Assembly (NCBI GenBank): GCA_010093705.1
Contig: MU006089.1
Location: 2,653,561-2,717,560 of the forward strand
Direction of reading: 5' to 3'
Source: Patellaria atrata CBS 101060
Lineage: Eukaryota
Length of the DNA: 64,000 nt
The position numbers and the translations under genes were made by a program. Positions 13,168-27,927 of the stretch are shown here, piece by piece. The notes beneath the pieces are model-generated. The model was not told where the DNA came from and did no database searches. It was given only the letters and a program-made list of their open reading frames with translations. How positions within the stretch are numbered: position 1 is the stretch's first letter; the number at the start of each line of letters is the position of its first letter.

Positions 13168-15367
13168 CTCGAAGATAGTAGACCAACTCCAGTAATGGGC
13201 AATCAGTAAGGCACAGGGGCCGCGTACCGGGCTATGATATCGTTTCTCAGATTAGAGAACTAGAAGCTAAGGTTTCCGAACTCTACGGCAAGAACCGAAG
13301 CATCCTCTTGGAGGACTTTCGGTACCAGAAGGTATTCGACGTGTGGTTAATAGTTAGTCCATCGATGAAGAGAAGGCTTGTCAGCAACTCATTCCTCGCT
13401 AGTGACTGATCTTCGTTTTCGTGGCGAATAACAATTGAAAGACCCGATCAGATCAGAACGATATAGATTTGCATTCAAATGAGTCCAGTCAGGAGGCAAA
13501 TCGGGTAGAAAGGACGGAGAAACAGTTATTGCAACAAATGATGACCGAATATTGGACTGATCTACTGTGCGGCTGCCACCGTAACGGAATAGACCGAGCG
13601 GTAGACAAGTTAAGAAGCGAGAAGAGACAGAGATTGGTGGTCAAGATTAGGAACGGCGAACCGAAGCTTGCAGGCGGTCTCCTCTCAGCTGGATGCGGTC
13701 AGGTTGAGCGGATAGAAAAGTATGGGTATAAAGACAAGCCAACACAGACTGATCCAATCCTAGCAATGCAAAAGATGTGAAAGTAGGTATGAGCATGGAT
13801 CCTTGCAGCTCGTCGTCGGGTGAAATCTACTTGGTTGCAGAGATGCCTTGACAGCAGCAGGGAAGTTGGGTCAAAGGTCGACGAGACTGGACCACGTACC
13901 TATACGCGGGGACACGAAGCACGGAGATCTGTATGCTCACGAATTCCAGTGACAGGTTATTATTCACAACAGATGGCGCGAACGGCTTGGTTTCCACAAA
14001 CGAAAGCTCTACTGCTGATTAGAACGGGTCTATGTGGAGAGGAAAGGAGGAGGAAGACCAGATAGGATTCTAGAATTCAAAGGGAGTTCCACAGGTTTGG
14101 TGAGCTATAATGCAAAAGAAGAAAATTCAACGGTCCCAGGGAAATAAATGAACAGGGTCATGAAGAGAGATCAGACTTTAGATACGTACAGGGAGTATCG
14201 GAGTGGCTGGACCCCATGCTCCACGAGGGCACCGGACAGCGGGCTTTTGCTTGCTTGCTCACAGAGCCTTCTGGTCACATTGATGCTTGCGACTTATCCA
14301 TCCCTACTCAGCTCCAAGTCGAGCTCGGCACGGTTGAATGTGGCGTCTCCGCGCCACATGGTGAGTTTCGGGACATTGTGTATGGGTTAGAAAGTAGGCT
14401 ATCCAAGTAATTGGTTTGGATATGGCCAATCAATCTCGTTACTCCAAATGGAAATTCTCTCGATGCCCAATAATTCTCGTGGTGCGCATGGATTGACGGT
14501 TCAATATGCAGAAAGAGGGAGTCGAAGACTCGAAAGACCCGAAAGAGAATTCCCACGCTACCTAGTTAAGTCGTGCCTAGTGAGCAATTCCGAATAATAG
14601 TGAAAACTAGTAGCAGGCCGTTTTCCAATGCCGGCTGATCTTCCGAATGGAAGGTTTCATAATTCTGACAGACGATCTACTGCTAGGCGATCAATCTCGC
14701 CAACACCAAGAGACCCAACAAAGATGACACACGATTCCTTACCGCACGTCGCGCACGCTAGAAGTCAGCGGGAGGCGTAGATGGATGTGTTCCAAGATCA
14801 GGCCTTGCAGAATGCAAATGCAGTAGCACTATCACTACTGCTAGGGCTGGCCCATGCCGGAGGGTTCTTTCCAGGGATAGGAGATGTTGCAAGGCGGCGC
14901 ACTGCTCGGTTCGACATCCACCACTTCTCAGAATTGTAGGATGGTTGTATGAGTAAGACAATCTGGATATGCCATTATTCCTCCTCTATCCAGTTGATGC
15001 TACCCTGATGATAGTAGGGAATTTCAAACCCTTTACGGGGAGCTGATGATCAAGTTTGCGTGAACTATATCAAACTGGTTCCTATTTAGCTGCTCGCTCG
15101 TCATTATCTTACATCATCAAGCTTGATAAGGTAGCCCGTACACGTACTGTTACGCTTCTCAATCGCTCGTAAACAGCTATCTGTGTAACTAATAGCTGAG
15201 ATCGGGTCTGACATTTGGCGAATTTCCAGTAATAAATGAAGAACATGGGGATAATTCTTCCAGAACACGACAGGGAGTCATGATTCTTCCTGTTGTCCCT
15301 GACCCCCTGCGGATTGCTCCCAGTCGCATCAAAACAAGCTCCCGCAGGCAAAGCCTAGTTCTGAAAG

Positions 15368-15388
15368 GTACAGTACAGTACAGTACAG
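15368..15388. repeat. (GTACA)4 pentanucleotide microsatellite
   Basis: gtacagtacagtacagtacag, read directly. Confidence 0.9.
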
Positions 15389-18300
15389 GAAATGTGTCAG
15401 ACAGATGCGGGGACGTAAAGAAGTGGAGGTGCTCAGGTGCATGAAAAATGCCGAGACAATGCACGTCTTTTTTGTCGTGTCGTCTGCTGTTCGTTAAAGG
15501 TGAACGGGCACAACCTAACGCCTCCGTGCGTGGATAGCGCGATACGTGGATGGCACGGTTCGAGATGTTCGTACGAAATAGATGGGGGAAGGTCGGAAGG
15601 AGATTGCGGAGCACAGGAACAAGCGACCGGAGGCTGGAGGGCTGTCAGGCTGGAGCAGTGTGGAGCATGCCGTTGATGGTTGATGCTTTCTGTCCTCCCC
15701 CCTCTGAGATTTTTTCTTTTGGGTCTCTTGGCTTTGAACGGAGCGCTTCCTCGGCTTGGTGTCGTTTCCTAAAGAAGATATGACATGGATCGGTTACAGC
15801 AGAGTACTTGCCCAGACCGGAAAAGGCAGCTGCACCGATGACCTTGCGTAACTCTCACTAACCTTCTTCCAAGTCCATCACTCTGTCACTCACAGCAACG
15901 TACCTACTGGATGTAGTACATGTACGGAATTCAAAGTGCTTGTACCCCCAATATTAACCTCAGACAAAGGTGAAATATACGCATAGCATATGTATGACTA
16001 GCTACACAGAACAGGTACAATACCTCTCGCATGCACAAAATAGTTATAGGTCGGGTTTTCGTTCTACTCATTTCAGTCCTGCTAAGTACAGTTATCGTAG
16101 TTCAATTGTTCCCCAAGGGCTATTTTCAAAGTCATCTGCGTCATAGCTCGGCGAATGTCAGTTAGTGGTTACCTTAGTCTTTTGAAGTCGCTCTCTGACA
16201 TCGAGTCATTATTATTTAGTTCTCCGTATCCGGTAGTTCCACTATATTGTAGACAATTCAACTTTCATTATCAAAAGTCCTTCAATTTCTGCTCGTTCAT
16301 ATTTCTCACATATTCTATCACCCTAATAAGTCTATCGAGTCAATAGCTACGATCATCTCTATGCACATTATGCATGATCGGCAAGGCGGGATAAGTTACA
16401 TCCTCAAGGATCAAGAGGTTCACATACAGCGGCAAACTGCAATAATGGTATGCACCTCGGCAACTGCCTTTTCTCTGTGTCGCCACCTCGCCATCCACAA
16501 CCGCGTACGCCGCACGTCGCACGCAATCTGAAGTTGCACACTTATCGTCTGAAACTATATGAGTTTTTAACCACGTTCGGTATCTCAACAGCCTAAGCGA
16601 TGTGGAAATGTTTGATTGCGGCCCAGCCACTCCCCACGTGGAAAGACCGATGCTAACAACGTTCCAACGTGGCTGGAAGGTCGGCGAAAGCGTTGAGGCG
16701 TTGAGGCTTCGACGTGGACAGCCAGACCCGAGTGCGCGTGGTGTCGATAGCATTGTTCAGGGACAACGAACTGACGTCCCCGCGGCAGTACCTTACCTTA
16801 TCTGTCTCCGCTTGCGTGGATTTACACAGGGTTTGATGAAGCCCTGTGTGTTCAAAAATGTTGAAAACCAGGTCAAAATAAGGCTTAACCTAGAGTTCTA
16901 GGCGCTTGCTGGTTCATAATATGCGATCGTCACTGTACGATAAAGCTACTGTAGCCCTGACACAGTACGGAGTATGGAGCATACTACAGACCCCCGAACC
17001 CCTTCAGAAGATATGCATTAATTTCGAAAAGAGCCTCAACGGAAATCTTCTTTATACAGTTCACCCTAATTAAGTATTAAACTGATAAGTGATATACTTT
17101 CCCTAAACCTAGCATCCGAAATTTAAGCGGACTGACGCCACATACGTCGGTTCTGTATACTAGTGTACTATCATCCATACGGAAGCGTTAATTTGGAGAC
17201 ACAAATCACCTCATCTTCGATTTGGTCAATCTTCATCTGTGATCTTCGCTTTTACGAACTGCCGTACTTTTCACGCTTTCATTTTATTATTTCGACATTA
17301 TTGTAGCCTTGCTCCGTTAATCATCGGTTGTTGGGAAAAGTATAACTCAGGCCGGCTTCAATCTATTGCTTGATCGGCAAGCGATCAACTAGCTCAGCGG
17401 AGTAGTTATCCTACTTTTTGCGTGTATCACAGGCGCCGGCTCGGATACCTCCGCCCGAATCAACCGGCAAATTAAACGTTGCTTACTGGCGGAAGGCGAC
17501 TTTTGTCTGACGAACAGATGGCCCTGTCTAGAATTCTATAATTCCCACACTTCCAAAGGACGGCGAACAGCAGAATGGGCCAACGCACGCTCCCTACCAA
17601 CCTAAACCTTATATCGTGCATGGACATCATTGGTGATCGATGATGATGATGAGCAACACCAGGAACAATTGCTCCCGCGAGCGTGTTCGGGCTAAGGGGC
17701 GCTCATCGTCTCAGTCATCACTGGCGGAAAACTGTCAAGCTTTCACGTCCTTGGCCTCCGCCTGTCATCTCATACGGCAACCATACGTCGTCCCATTCTC
17801 TTCAATGTTTCTCTTATTCAGAGGTATCTTGTAGATTTTCTTTTTTTGCCAACTCCGTATGTATCTCCGAGTGATCAAAAGCCAATCGGGAATTGCAAAT
17901 TGTAGGGTCCACGAATGCGCTCCTAACTCTCTCACTCTATGCATCGTGCCGTTGGGCGGATTCTCCCGCTGCTACCTTATGTGGATTCCATCCCCCCCTG
18001 CTAAAGTGTACAAGTCCGGCTTGACCGCTCTGTCCAAAGATAAGCAAGCATCTATTTTGTCAGTGAGACCAATATGTGCTGGACAGGGTCAACTATTAAG
18101 AGAAGAACGATCAACACTGGAACTAGTCAAATGTTCGACATCAACCCCGATTGAGGTTTTCGCCGCCATTGATGTTCGCCTGGTCTATGACGATCAAGTC
18201 ATTATGACAAACGGGTACCCATCTGTCCGGACTCTCGAAGAATTTATGTTTCGAGTAGCTTAGACTCGTGAGAAAGACTAAGGTGTTCTCTTTGGACATT

Positions 18301-19978
18301 CACGAGATTACACCACCATCCTCATTAGGATATGCCGAAAGCATAACTAGTCCCGGGAGATTCGCATTTCACAACCGCTGTGCGTACGGTCGAGACCTCT
18401 GCCAAAGAAGATCGGTTATCATTGATGCCATATTGAACACATCAGGAATTTTAGACGGAATAGCGGAAAGGTCGGGAAGTATAAATTCATTATCTGATCC
18501 GATCACGTGATTATCCGTTTCCCCGATCCAACCTTAACCCAACCACAACAAACTGCGTCAAACCGCATCGTGTGTTCGGCATATTCTCCAGCAACGCATT
18601 TTCCCCTTAAATGACAGTCAAATGATCTACCTTGCGCAGTACGGCAGAATTGTGAGAGATGTCAACAATGTGTCGACTTATCAGGCCAAGACAAGAATGG
18701 GTAAGATAGGATTTTAGAAGACAAACTGGAATCTTTCTCACAGTACTATCGATTTTGGCGAATATACTTCGTACATTCATCATCTTTCATACTAATCATT
18801 CAATCTCCGCTACGAAAAGTATGTCCGTATTGCCCACTTAGTTGTGGTTGGCACGTCTCGCTTGCCAAAACATTCAAACTGTTCAACAATCTCTGTTCTT
18901 CAAATAGGCCATGCCTCTGTTCCAACTCTAAGTCCTTTTACATACCCCCAATAGGTAATATCGTCCGCCCAATTTTAGAAATTAGTCATTTCGTACAGTA
19001 CGGTTGGTCTGTATATTCACGATCATCTCAACCAGTTAAGCGGATGCGTGCAGTGCTTCAGAGCGTACTGTTCAGTCAGAGCATACAGGAAGGTCAAAAT
19101 TGAAGAGACCATGAGAGATATTTGAATTGAAGCCAGCTTCAGCCGGGTCCATAATACACAGAAGAGTACCCGGATCGTGTTCCTCTAGTATTCCACTATA
19201 GCTCCTCCATAGTCTACTGTTAATAATAATAGCAAGACAATAGGAAATTGTTCTTCTTCGCCCGTACTTAGTATTCTCCGCTATTACTCGTTGTACTCTC
19301 TGCGATACGGTGGTCCCACATTTCGTGGCTCGCCAGGAGCTACTGCAGCTCACGGGTTTGACATCTGCGAACAAGGAGTCCATCTCCAAACTGTTGACAC
19401 GGCCGTTGTACCGTCTCTAATTCATTGCGATGGGCTTCGAGCTGATTAAAATGTTGGGTGTTCCTTGCGTCGGCGGTGTCTGAAGATTAGCAGTTGACAA
19501 CTCATAAAGTAATCTTAGACTTACTTGTCGGGGTATTCTGGCGCTGTCATCACAGAATTTTACTCAACAGATTCGTCATCTGCGCCTGAGGCCATATAGC
19601 GCCCCCGTTGACCTCATTGTATGTATCCACTACCAAACTCTCGGATCGTGCTCCACGGAGTGGGTTGTCCTACACATGCTGTACAAGCAGTGTGTAATTT
19701 TTGCTTTGACTCCTCCCTGAATTTTAGACGTCACGTAAAAGTCTAGCATGGAGCATATATAAAGAAGAGCCGTTCAGTGCACCAAGTGCGACATGATGTG
19801 AATTGATAGCACGCAGGTATAGTAACTGACAAGTGCTACCGAAGGGAAGAGCGATACGGCAACCGAGCGGAAGACTTAGCACTGCAACCGTGAGAGAGGA
19901 GCGGTCGTCCATACAATAATGCTCACGTATCAGTGTTGTATTACCGTACTTAACACGTATACACTACCATTGCTCCAT

Positions 19979-20965
19979 TCACTGGCCATGGTTGCCAGTA
20001 TAATCGGATGGGTCCATTCCTATCCATCCCTGGAGGATTGAATCCTTGTTCTCGGCCTCAATCTCAAATACCTCTAACTTTATTGGCCTACAGGTATCAC
20101 CCATTCTCCCACCAGTACCCTCAGCCCAGCCCCAAGCGCTGAGGTCACCTCCCGGACAGGTGGAGAGCGCACAGAGGAGATCTTGCTCCGCAAAAAACTC
20201 TATATACGAACCCGGAACAGCTGGCGAAGGCTCCATAAAATATTTACCATGTGCATCAAGTCCTGTGACCTGGAAGACGTTGATTACATCGTGGATATCA
20301 GATTCCGATAAATTGTATGGAGCAACAGAAATGGCCCGGAAAAGATTTGAATGACAATGGAAGTTATACGTATCTCCGGTGAGTAACTTGTTGACTAGGA
20401 CCTCATACCGTCAGTCTGTAGCAGCCGATTATCGAGCATTAGTAAATGCCACAGGTCACCCACCGTAAGGATCACATCTGGTTCCAAGTAGATCATGACA
20501 GCCACCTCCCCATTTCGTTCTCCTCTTCCCATCTGTCCCTCTAACACCCCAACTTCCTTCTTCATCACTTGCTAACGAATCACCAATAATGGTCACCATA
20601 GCACGCATGTAAGGTAAGCAACTCCATAGCCGATCTCCAGTACTGACATGAGTCCCATGCAGTTGTCTTGTCCTACTTGCCCAGAACCTCTCTTTTGGGT
20701 TGTGTTGATTCCAAAGATTCAAATCTCCCACTTGTGGTCCTTCGGGAGTGGAGAGGCGTAGAATCTGGGTCTTCGAAACTTGCCACGCGTGGCTACTACG
20801 CGGAGGGATGGTGTACGCGTGTACTAACTTCCGTGGCGCGGAACCAATAGCAGTGTATATCTCAGGAGAGGAACGGAGGGGACTTCCTTCGTTTTCTATG
20901 TATGCGGGAACGGGAGGGTCTCTGGTACGAGGAAGTGGAAAAGCTGATTGGCTAACAGCGGACAT
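19979..20965 (-). CDS. DUF1989 / urea carboxylase-associated family protein
   Basis: Motifs EGPQVGDLNLWN, ERFWASRTRQLH, GDRLWSCLP, HDLLGTRCDPY|VNKLL..HCHSNL, DIHDVINVFQVTG and LLCALSTCPGGDLS. Intron at 20395-20463. ATG 20965 (MSAVSQ) is the probable start. Confidence 0.88.
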
Positions 20966-23315
20966 ATTATCCAATGCCCTAAGGAAAATAAGGATTAAAG
21001 AGTAAATGCATTGAATATCCTGTACCGCGCCGTAAGTGAGCCGTATTATCGTCAACAATGGTTGTCTACTGAGTGAGGTTGGGATTGACGCACCCCACAG
21101 AGTTCGGCACGGCCCTTTGACACTCAGGCCCGAGCCGCTGCTGTACGGTAAGGGGTTGGAGTTCTCGACTCCTAATTAACATGAACATTCGGTCAACGCA
21201 ACACATATCCTTCATCACTGATATGACTGGCTGCTCTACTGCGTAGAAAGACGACTGTTCCAGCGATATATTGTATCTTCTTCCTCTTCGCTTATTTGGA
21301 TACGCTGTGGCCATCCGCATCTCTATCTCGCTGACTTTCGAACAATCGTCTCGTATAGAAGTTGTTATAGTATTAGAACGTGGGTTGGAGACTTTGTTCA
21401 ACTCGAGTACGGCTTCCCTACGGCGTTTGGCTTTTTGTGAGCTTATGAAGCCCTTCGAACACCCAGCTTAAAGGAGACCATCATCGTTTTTGGGTTACTG
21501 GATGATTCGGACTCACTTACCCAGATGCAGCGCGTAGTCCGAGACCTTGAGAACCAACCATAACGACAGAACCTCCCACTCAAGCGAAGAGAGCGTAGGA
21601 AAATTGCTTAAACACACCTCTTCTGCTGCTGAATCAGTTATAGATCAGTTGGAAGGTGAAAGTAGAATTCTGGAAACAAATCAAGCACGTTATCAAATAG
21701 CAGTAATCACCTTCATTGGGCCCCAGTATATGGCCAATACGGTATAGTTGTTCGTGCTTATGAACTGGTGACAAATTCCTTGAAATACAACAGTGGTAAT
21801 ATTTGGCTCACGCGGTACTCCTATTGCGCAGTATATGTGCTAGAGAAGTTACTTGGAAGTCTTGGGGGTTCATATGAAGTGATCTTAATTCTGTGCACTT
21901 GCTACAAGTTTATACTGGAGTAGTACCAATCCTGCAGTGTCAACCGATCTCAATACCTGTAAGATGAAGTTCAAAGTAGGATTGGGCTTCATTCGTACGT
22001 TCTATACTATCCTGTACAGTGGAGTTGCAAATCACCTTGCGACTTTTCGACGACCTCAATGCATAGGCGGCTACCTCATATCAAACGAGCTTAAACTATA
22101 TAAGGAGAGGATATCAACGTCAATGACTGAATCTGAGGGAAGAGTACGGAGTACAGCGCACTATGGATGTTTTTGCGATATCATAAGGAATGCGGAGCGT
22201 GTGGAACACATTACGTAGCGTCTGCAAGGCTTCACGGCCCTCACTAATATGTATCCTTGCTCACCACAATGCAGATAGGATTCTAACCTTGCTATGAGAT
22301 TTGTAGAGCTGGATGCAATCTGAACGTCATTATCATAAGCCTAGTCAACAACTGCTGAGAGACCGCCAAACTGGTGTCTAGCCTTGTACGGTCAACTTCA
22401 GCCCACTCATGCTTAACAACCGCAAATAATTGTTCGCGAAGCAGAGAAGTCCCACCCTTGCTTGTTTGGGGTAGAATTTGGGGCATCATGAAAAGGACGA
22501 GAAAGAAGTGTTGATTTGCTCCTGACACAAAATCCGCGGCCTTGTGTTCCCCAGGAGCAACCAGGAATGAAGGGTGACCTGGGAATATCATAGTACTTCT
22601 AGATGGAGATACAACCCCATCTGCAAATATGCTTAGGGAAGGTGGGTGCAATTTAGAAGGGTGGGATGATAGATGTTACAGGTGCGAATTGAGGTAATTG
22701 GTTTTGACAAAGAGTTCGAAATGCCGCAGCTTGGGAAATTTTATTCTGTATTTGGACATATTTAGCTGTTGATGATCCTAGTTTTGTAGGGTTGCTGAAT
22801 ATCTACTAGCAAAATATTTCCTCCCACAGTACTTAAGGAATTGCGGTGTGAAGCACCTCTGTTTAGTACAGTTATTCGACAGGTTTACGCCTAGTAAATT
22901 GAGTCTCGCAAAGTACAGTACATATAACTCTGCTGTACCAGGGAGTCGACAATGTAGGATAGACTCCCAATTCTACATGATACTAAGCCGCGTAGAGGAT
23001 AGAGATCCGTCGACGCTTCGCGTGTAACAACTAGCCAGTAGTTATTTCGCCAGGCAACGGGAAGCTAAAAATACCGACCGACAGGCGGGAAAATATGGTT
23101 ATGATTACATAGGGCTTATATGGTATCTCTTTCTTAGTAGCCATTCTTATGTGAGTGAAACATCATATCAAGTCGAGCTCACTCTCCCTCGATTTGCACA
23201 TCAAGTGTATGTACAGCGGTAAGCAATCCTCAAGAAACATTGTACTAAGGAAAGGTCCGAGGAACGCGGTACCCATACCAGTTAGCTTGAGGCCTACGGT
23301 GGGGCAGTCGTCTCT

Positions 23316-24725
23316 CTAAAAATGCGGCAGAAATTGTGTCCATTCGACTGTTTGGAATGAGCTTGGCGGCAAGGCTCGCAGGCCAACAATATCCTCTATT
23401 AGGATGTATGCTCGAGAAATGGTATACAAAGCACAGAGAGGTGTAGTAATCAGTATGGAACGCAAAGGAATACCAACAGCGGAGTTGCCACGCGAGATTT
23501 TACATCCGTTAAGCTCAAGAGTAAGTCCGCAATCCATCTCCGAGAGTGTGGAGCCCGAAATTGTGTTGTCTTCTTTTTTGCTCGGGTTGTTACTCGTTTC
23601 TCTTCCACGACGTGCTATACTGAAGATTTCGTATCCGCCGCCTACTAAGGTAACCCCTATAGTCATTCCAGTCGCTAATCGCCAGAGAATGTGTTCGAGA
23701 TTCGAAGGGAATTCAAAGTTCCAGCAAATCATGAATATTGCGCTATACACAATAGTCACTAACAAAGGGACAAGGGCTGTTTTCGGTGTAAGTTCAGGAA
23801 AAATGAAAGATGAGAACTTTTGAGCAGGCCGAACCCGAGGTCGTTGATGAACAAGTCTCATTTTCCTTAAAAGATTCACGTAGAAGGTCCAGAGCCAATC
23901 TACGAGCCACTCTTTACGGCCAATGAAGTCTAACGGGGTCAATTTGTAACGTTGAGAAACAGATTCTCCGGCATCGAGCAGTATTTGTTGGATTGTGAAG
24001 TCGGTGTTCAGAGTAATAGGTATTTCCACGTCCATAGGTTTGTATCTCCAGCAGAAGTTGATTCCTAGCGTGCAGAATATGAAACCCAATGTGGTTATTT
24101 CCATAGTGCTCACATCAAGCCTCTGGACTGGTCTTGCAATGGTGTTGAGTGTGAACCATAACATCTGGAAAGTCGTAATAAATCTAAGATTTACATTAGT
24201 GCCGAATTTTGAGTTACGATTGGTTGTTATCTACCTCGCGAGTCCATCGGCTTTATTCTTGTCGTCAATCATTGCTTCGTTGATAGGAAGACAAGTAAGA
24301 TAGCCTCTTTCTATTAAATAATGTATCTGCTTTGCGTCTACTGGAAAGGATTTCCAATCTCGAGGCTGCAGAAAAACACCACCCATATCAGCGAAGAAAG
24401 AATGTTTGATAGTCCAGTTCTGGTAGCCAGATCTCTTGAATGCGTTCTCTGATGCGCGAGCTTCCATGTACTGGCCGAGGGCCATCATAAATATGAATTC
24501 TGGGCCAAGTAATCCAAGGCAGAACATATGCCATTTATCCCGAAAGAGGTCCCATTTTCCATGGTTGGGAGATGGAACGCTAACACAAATGGATGACCAG
24601 GCGCACAGAAAGATAGTCAACCCACAAGAGAGGGCAATGTCAAAAGTGCCGCGGATATTTGGTGGCGATACCCATCCTCGAGTCAAAACTGAATGACTGC
24701 CTGTAGCTGTCAGGGTAGTGTTCAT
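23316..24725 (-). CDS. Fungal multi-pass membrane hypothetical protein
   Basis: GWVSPPNIRGTFDIALSC..TIFLCAW, LLGPEF, WTIKHSFFADMGG, IDDKNKADGLAR|FITTFQMLWF, WNFEFPS..E.ILWR and EDIVGLRALP match the pattern of a widespread uncharacterised fungal family. Intron at 24184-24234. Confidence 0.8.
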
Positions 24726-26065
24726 CCTAGGGTAGTGTCTGTCTTTAAGAAGCTCTCACGAGTTTGCTGGATGCTAAAACATATACTAATAGGTAACAGT
24801 ATATCGAGGTATTCACAGTATAGACTAGAACCGAGCTAGAGAAATCGATCAGTGAGAGAAAGACGCGATATTTAGTAAACTCTCTAGTGCATTGCGGTTG
24901 TGCCGCAAAGCGCATAGGACGGAAACGAGTGTTCAATAAGAAGCTGCATGGTAAATAGATGAATTATACGGCATGCTATTGGTCTCCCTTAGCACAGGAG
25001 GTAGCGAAGTATTTCAGCCATCAGGTATGTTTCCAAATCTGCGAGAGAGAAATCAGAAGTGGGCGCTTTTGTGAACAAGTCATCGCCCTACATGCTCCAG
25101 CAAATACAACGTATCGAAGGATGCCTACATACAGCACAATTAGTAGGCTCTAACGGATGAGAAAAATTACGGATGATACTACTGCCGTTTACTAAAATCT
25201 CGTGAAGGAAAATGTCGTTGAGATACCATACAGGTCTTTTCAAAACGTATGCCTCGATGGACAAGCGGTTGAGGGTGTCATCAAAGACTAGATGAATATG
25301 TTGTGTTTCAACTTCAATATTGCAGCCGCCGTTGATATTATCCAATCGTTGTTCTGCGATCTGACTTCTGCTTGGGGTCCAGCAATGCTCAGCTTCCTGA
25401 AATATTGCGGCACGGCACGTTGTTGCGGCACGGTGACACTGACCACAAACGCTCAGCGGCTATTATCTCAGTGAGCATTGGTCAATCTCTCAGTCCTCCA
25501 ACAAGACTTTTGTAACGCAGGCGATAAAGGCCATACCTAGGAGTCACGTACTCCGTATACATGTAAGCGTTGAGAAGGAAAGGGTTCGGGGCTAAGGGGC
25601 CGTTCTATAGGTAGAGCCCGGACTCTAGCTTTTGCGATTCTCGTTCCTACCATGCCGGCCTTTATAATTGAATGAGGTAGATACGTTACTTACCAGGCTG
25701 CTACATCCAGCCTTGTCGTGCAAGCATTCAAGCAAACCTAAGCTCTGTCGTTGAGTTTCTTGTCAAAGGTCCAAAAACTTAGTTGCGCTAAAACGGGGCG
25801 GGAGACGGGAACTAGTACTAACTTGTACCTTAAGGTAAGAATCTGACGTGGGTCCCGGACACGCCCCCGACCAGCTTCGTTTTTATGGTTGCCAAGAACA
25901 ACGCGCGTTAGCTCTCTTTTACCTCAAGTCTTTTGCTCTCCCTACGTTTGTGTGATGTTTGAGCTCCTAAATTTATCTACAACCACGAGTACTCTGTACG
26001 GCAAAGCGAAAACAACCTATCCACTCACGGGTTATCGTTAAAGCGCAATACATGAGATTTTACCT

Positions 26066-27020
26066 ATGTCTACATCTCCGACCCCTAGGTCATTCAAACG
26101 GCGGTATCTTGCCTGTCTTTTAGTTGCTACAATCGCAATACTATTTGGTACGATCGTCCACCTTATATCACACCCTGTACTAACAAACCCTAGGTGGAAT
26201 AGCTAACAGCGGTACACAAGACCCATCCGTACAAGAGTATTATAGTAGTCTCGAGTCGCGTTTAGGCTACTGGATACTTCTCGGTAACACCAGGCATTGC
26301 GGTCTTTACAAAAAGGGACAAATATGGCCATTTCCCATCGGTACTGCGCAACGGGCGATGGAAGACCACCTATATAATAGGTTAGCTCTAGACAATGGGT
26401 CACGAGTGCTTGATGCCGGCGCAGGATCTGGCTTCGTGGCTATACGTATGGCTGAGAAAGGCCTAAACGTACAGGCGATTGATATTACGCCAATACACAT
26501 TCGCGATGCCGAACGAAACGTCAAGACACGATGTCTCGAAGATCGAATCTCTGTACGGTTCGGTGACTATCACAATCTTACAGAATATTCGGACGGATCT
26601 TTTGACGGTGTGTACACAATGGAGACTTTCGTACACGCTGACGACCCGTTGAAAGTCCTTCGCAACTTTTACCGTATTTTAAAGCCTGGTGGAGTATTAG
26701 TCCATAGTGAAGCCGATTTTACACGCAACTCCGAGCTTCTACAAGAGGTGCTCAGACTATCTCATTGCCAAAATACACTGGAGAAGGGTGCGCTTGAAAA
26801 GATGTTGGAAGAGGTGGGCTTCAAAGACGTTAATTTGGAGGACTTGACTGACGAAGTTCTACCACTATGGCGACTTTTCGGGTTCATTGGGTATGTCCCT
26901 TACAAGATACTTCAATTTTTTGGCTGGCACACACGCTATACGAATCTTATGGCTGGGGTAGAATCGTACCTGCACTGGGGAGAGGGAAGGTACATATCAG
27001 TAAGGGCCGTGAAACCCTGA
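26066..27020 (+). CDS. Class I SAM-dependent methyltransferase (sterol/tocopherol MT-like) with N-terminal hydrophobic anchor
   Basis: ATG 26066 MSTSPTPRSFKRRYLACLLVATIAILF, intron 26148-26193, then YYSSLESRLGYW..GNTRHCG in frame with ORF 26358..27020. Motif I VLDAGAGSG, plus SFDGVYTMETFVH and RILKPGG. Confidence 0.9.
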
Positions 27021-27927
27021 AGCTCATTGCCTATGTTATCACTCTTTTGCTCACTACTTATATAAAATGAATTTCTCTTGGTATTTTCAAAAGCATCCCT
27101 TCTTGACAGTTGTTTCACAGCGAGAGCAATATGGAACAATGCACTATGAATTGCGGCACTAGTATTTTCGGGCTCCAGATTCCGCAATTCTGATTGAGAA
27201 ATCCAATTCCTATTCCACAGTAAACATATCATTTTGCTCGCGATATTCCTCTGCCGCTCCGATTTAAGAAAGTGAGCTAGCCATATTTGGCTGAGCACAG
27301 ACTATTTCGCTTATTTAGCGTATTCTTTTGATCCACACAAACTTCTTCAGGGTGGAAGCCTAAACCTCTTCTGCTAAATTTTTACATGGATGAACAGCTT
27401 TGATCGAATGGCAATCTAAGTTTAATTCTCGAGGTGCGGAGAATAAACAGAACACAGACTGACATCGTAAGTCCCTTATGAAAACACACAACTAACATTA
27501 CTGCACCCACAATCACCTCACTACTCGGGGTCGCTTGAAGTAAAGCGAACGCAAATTAACAGAGATGCTCTTTCCTAGAAACTTGAGAGAGGCTTTCTCC
27601 ATTGGACAATCCCTTGCAGAAGGATGGATATCCTACCGTTAAAGTCCTGCTTGGTAGCACAACACTATGACCTAGATTTGGTAGGTACCTTACAGTACGA
27701 CATGTCTTGAACTAGACGCGAATGTCTCTTTCAATTCTCTTTCGTATCATCTTCAACATCTTGACACGTTTGAATCCTTCAGACAACCCTAATCACTTTT
27801 CAAATCCGTTCGTTAATTTCTTTCGCTCATTCGTTTTTAGTCGACTCAGGTCATTCTTTGTTTGCCTCGTACCTTGAGTGAACCTCTCACAAAACACCGC
27901 ATTGCGTACGACAACACGGTATCGCAC

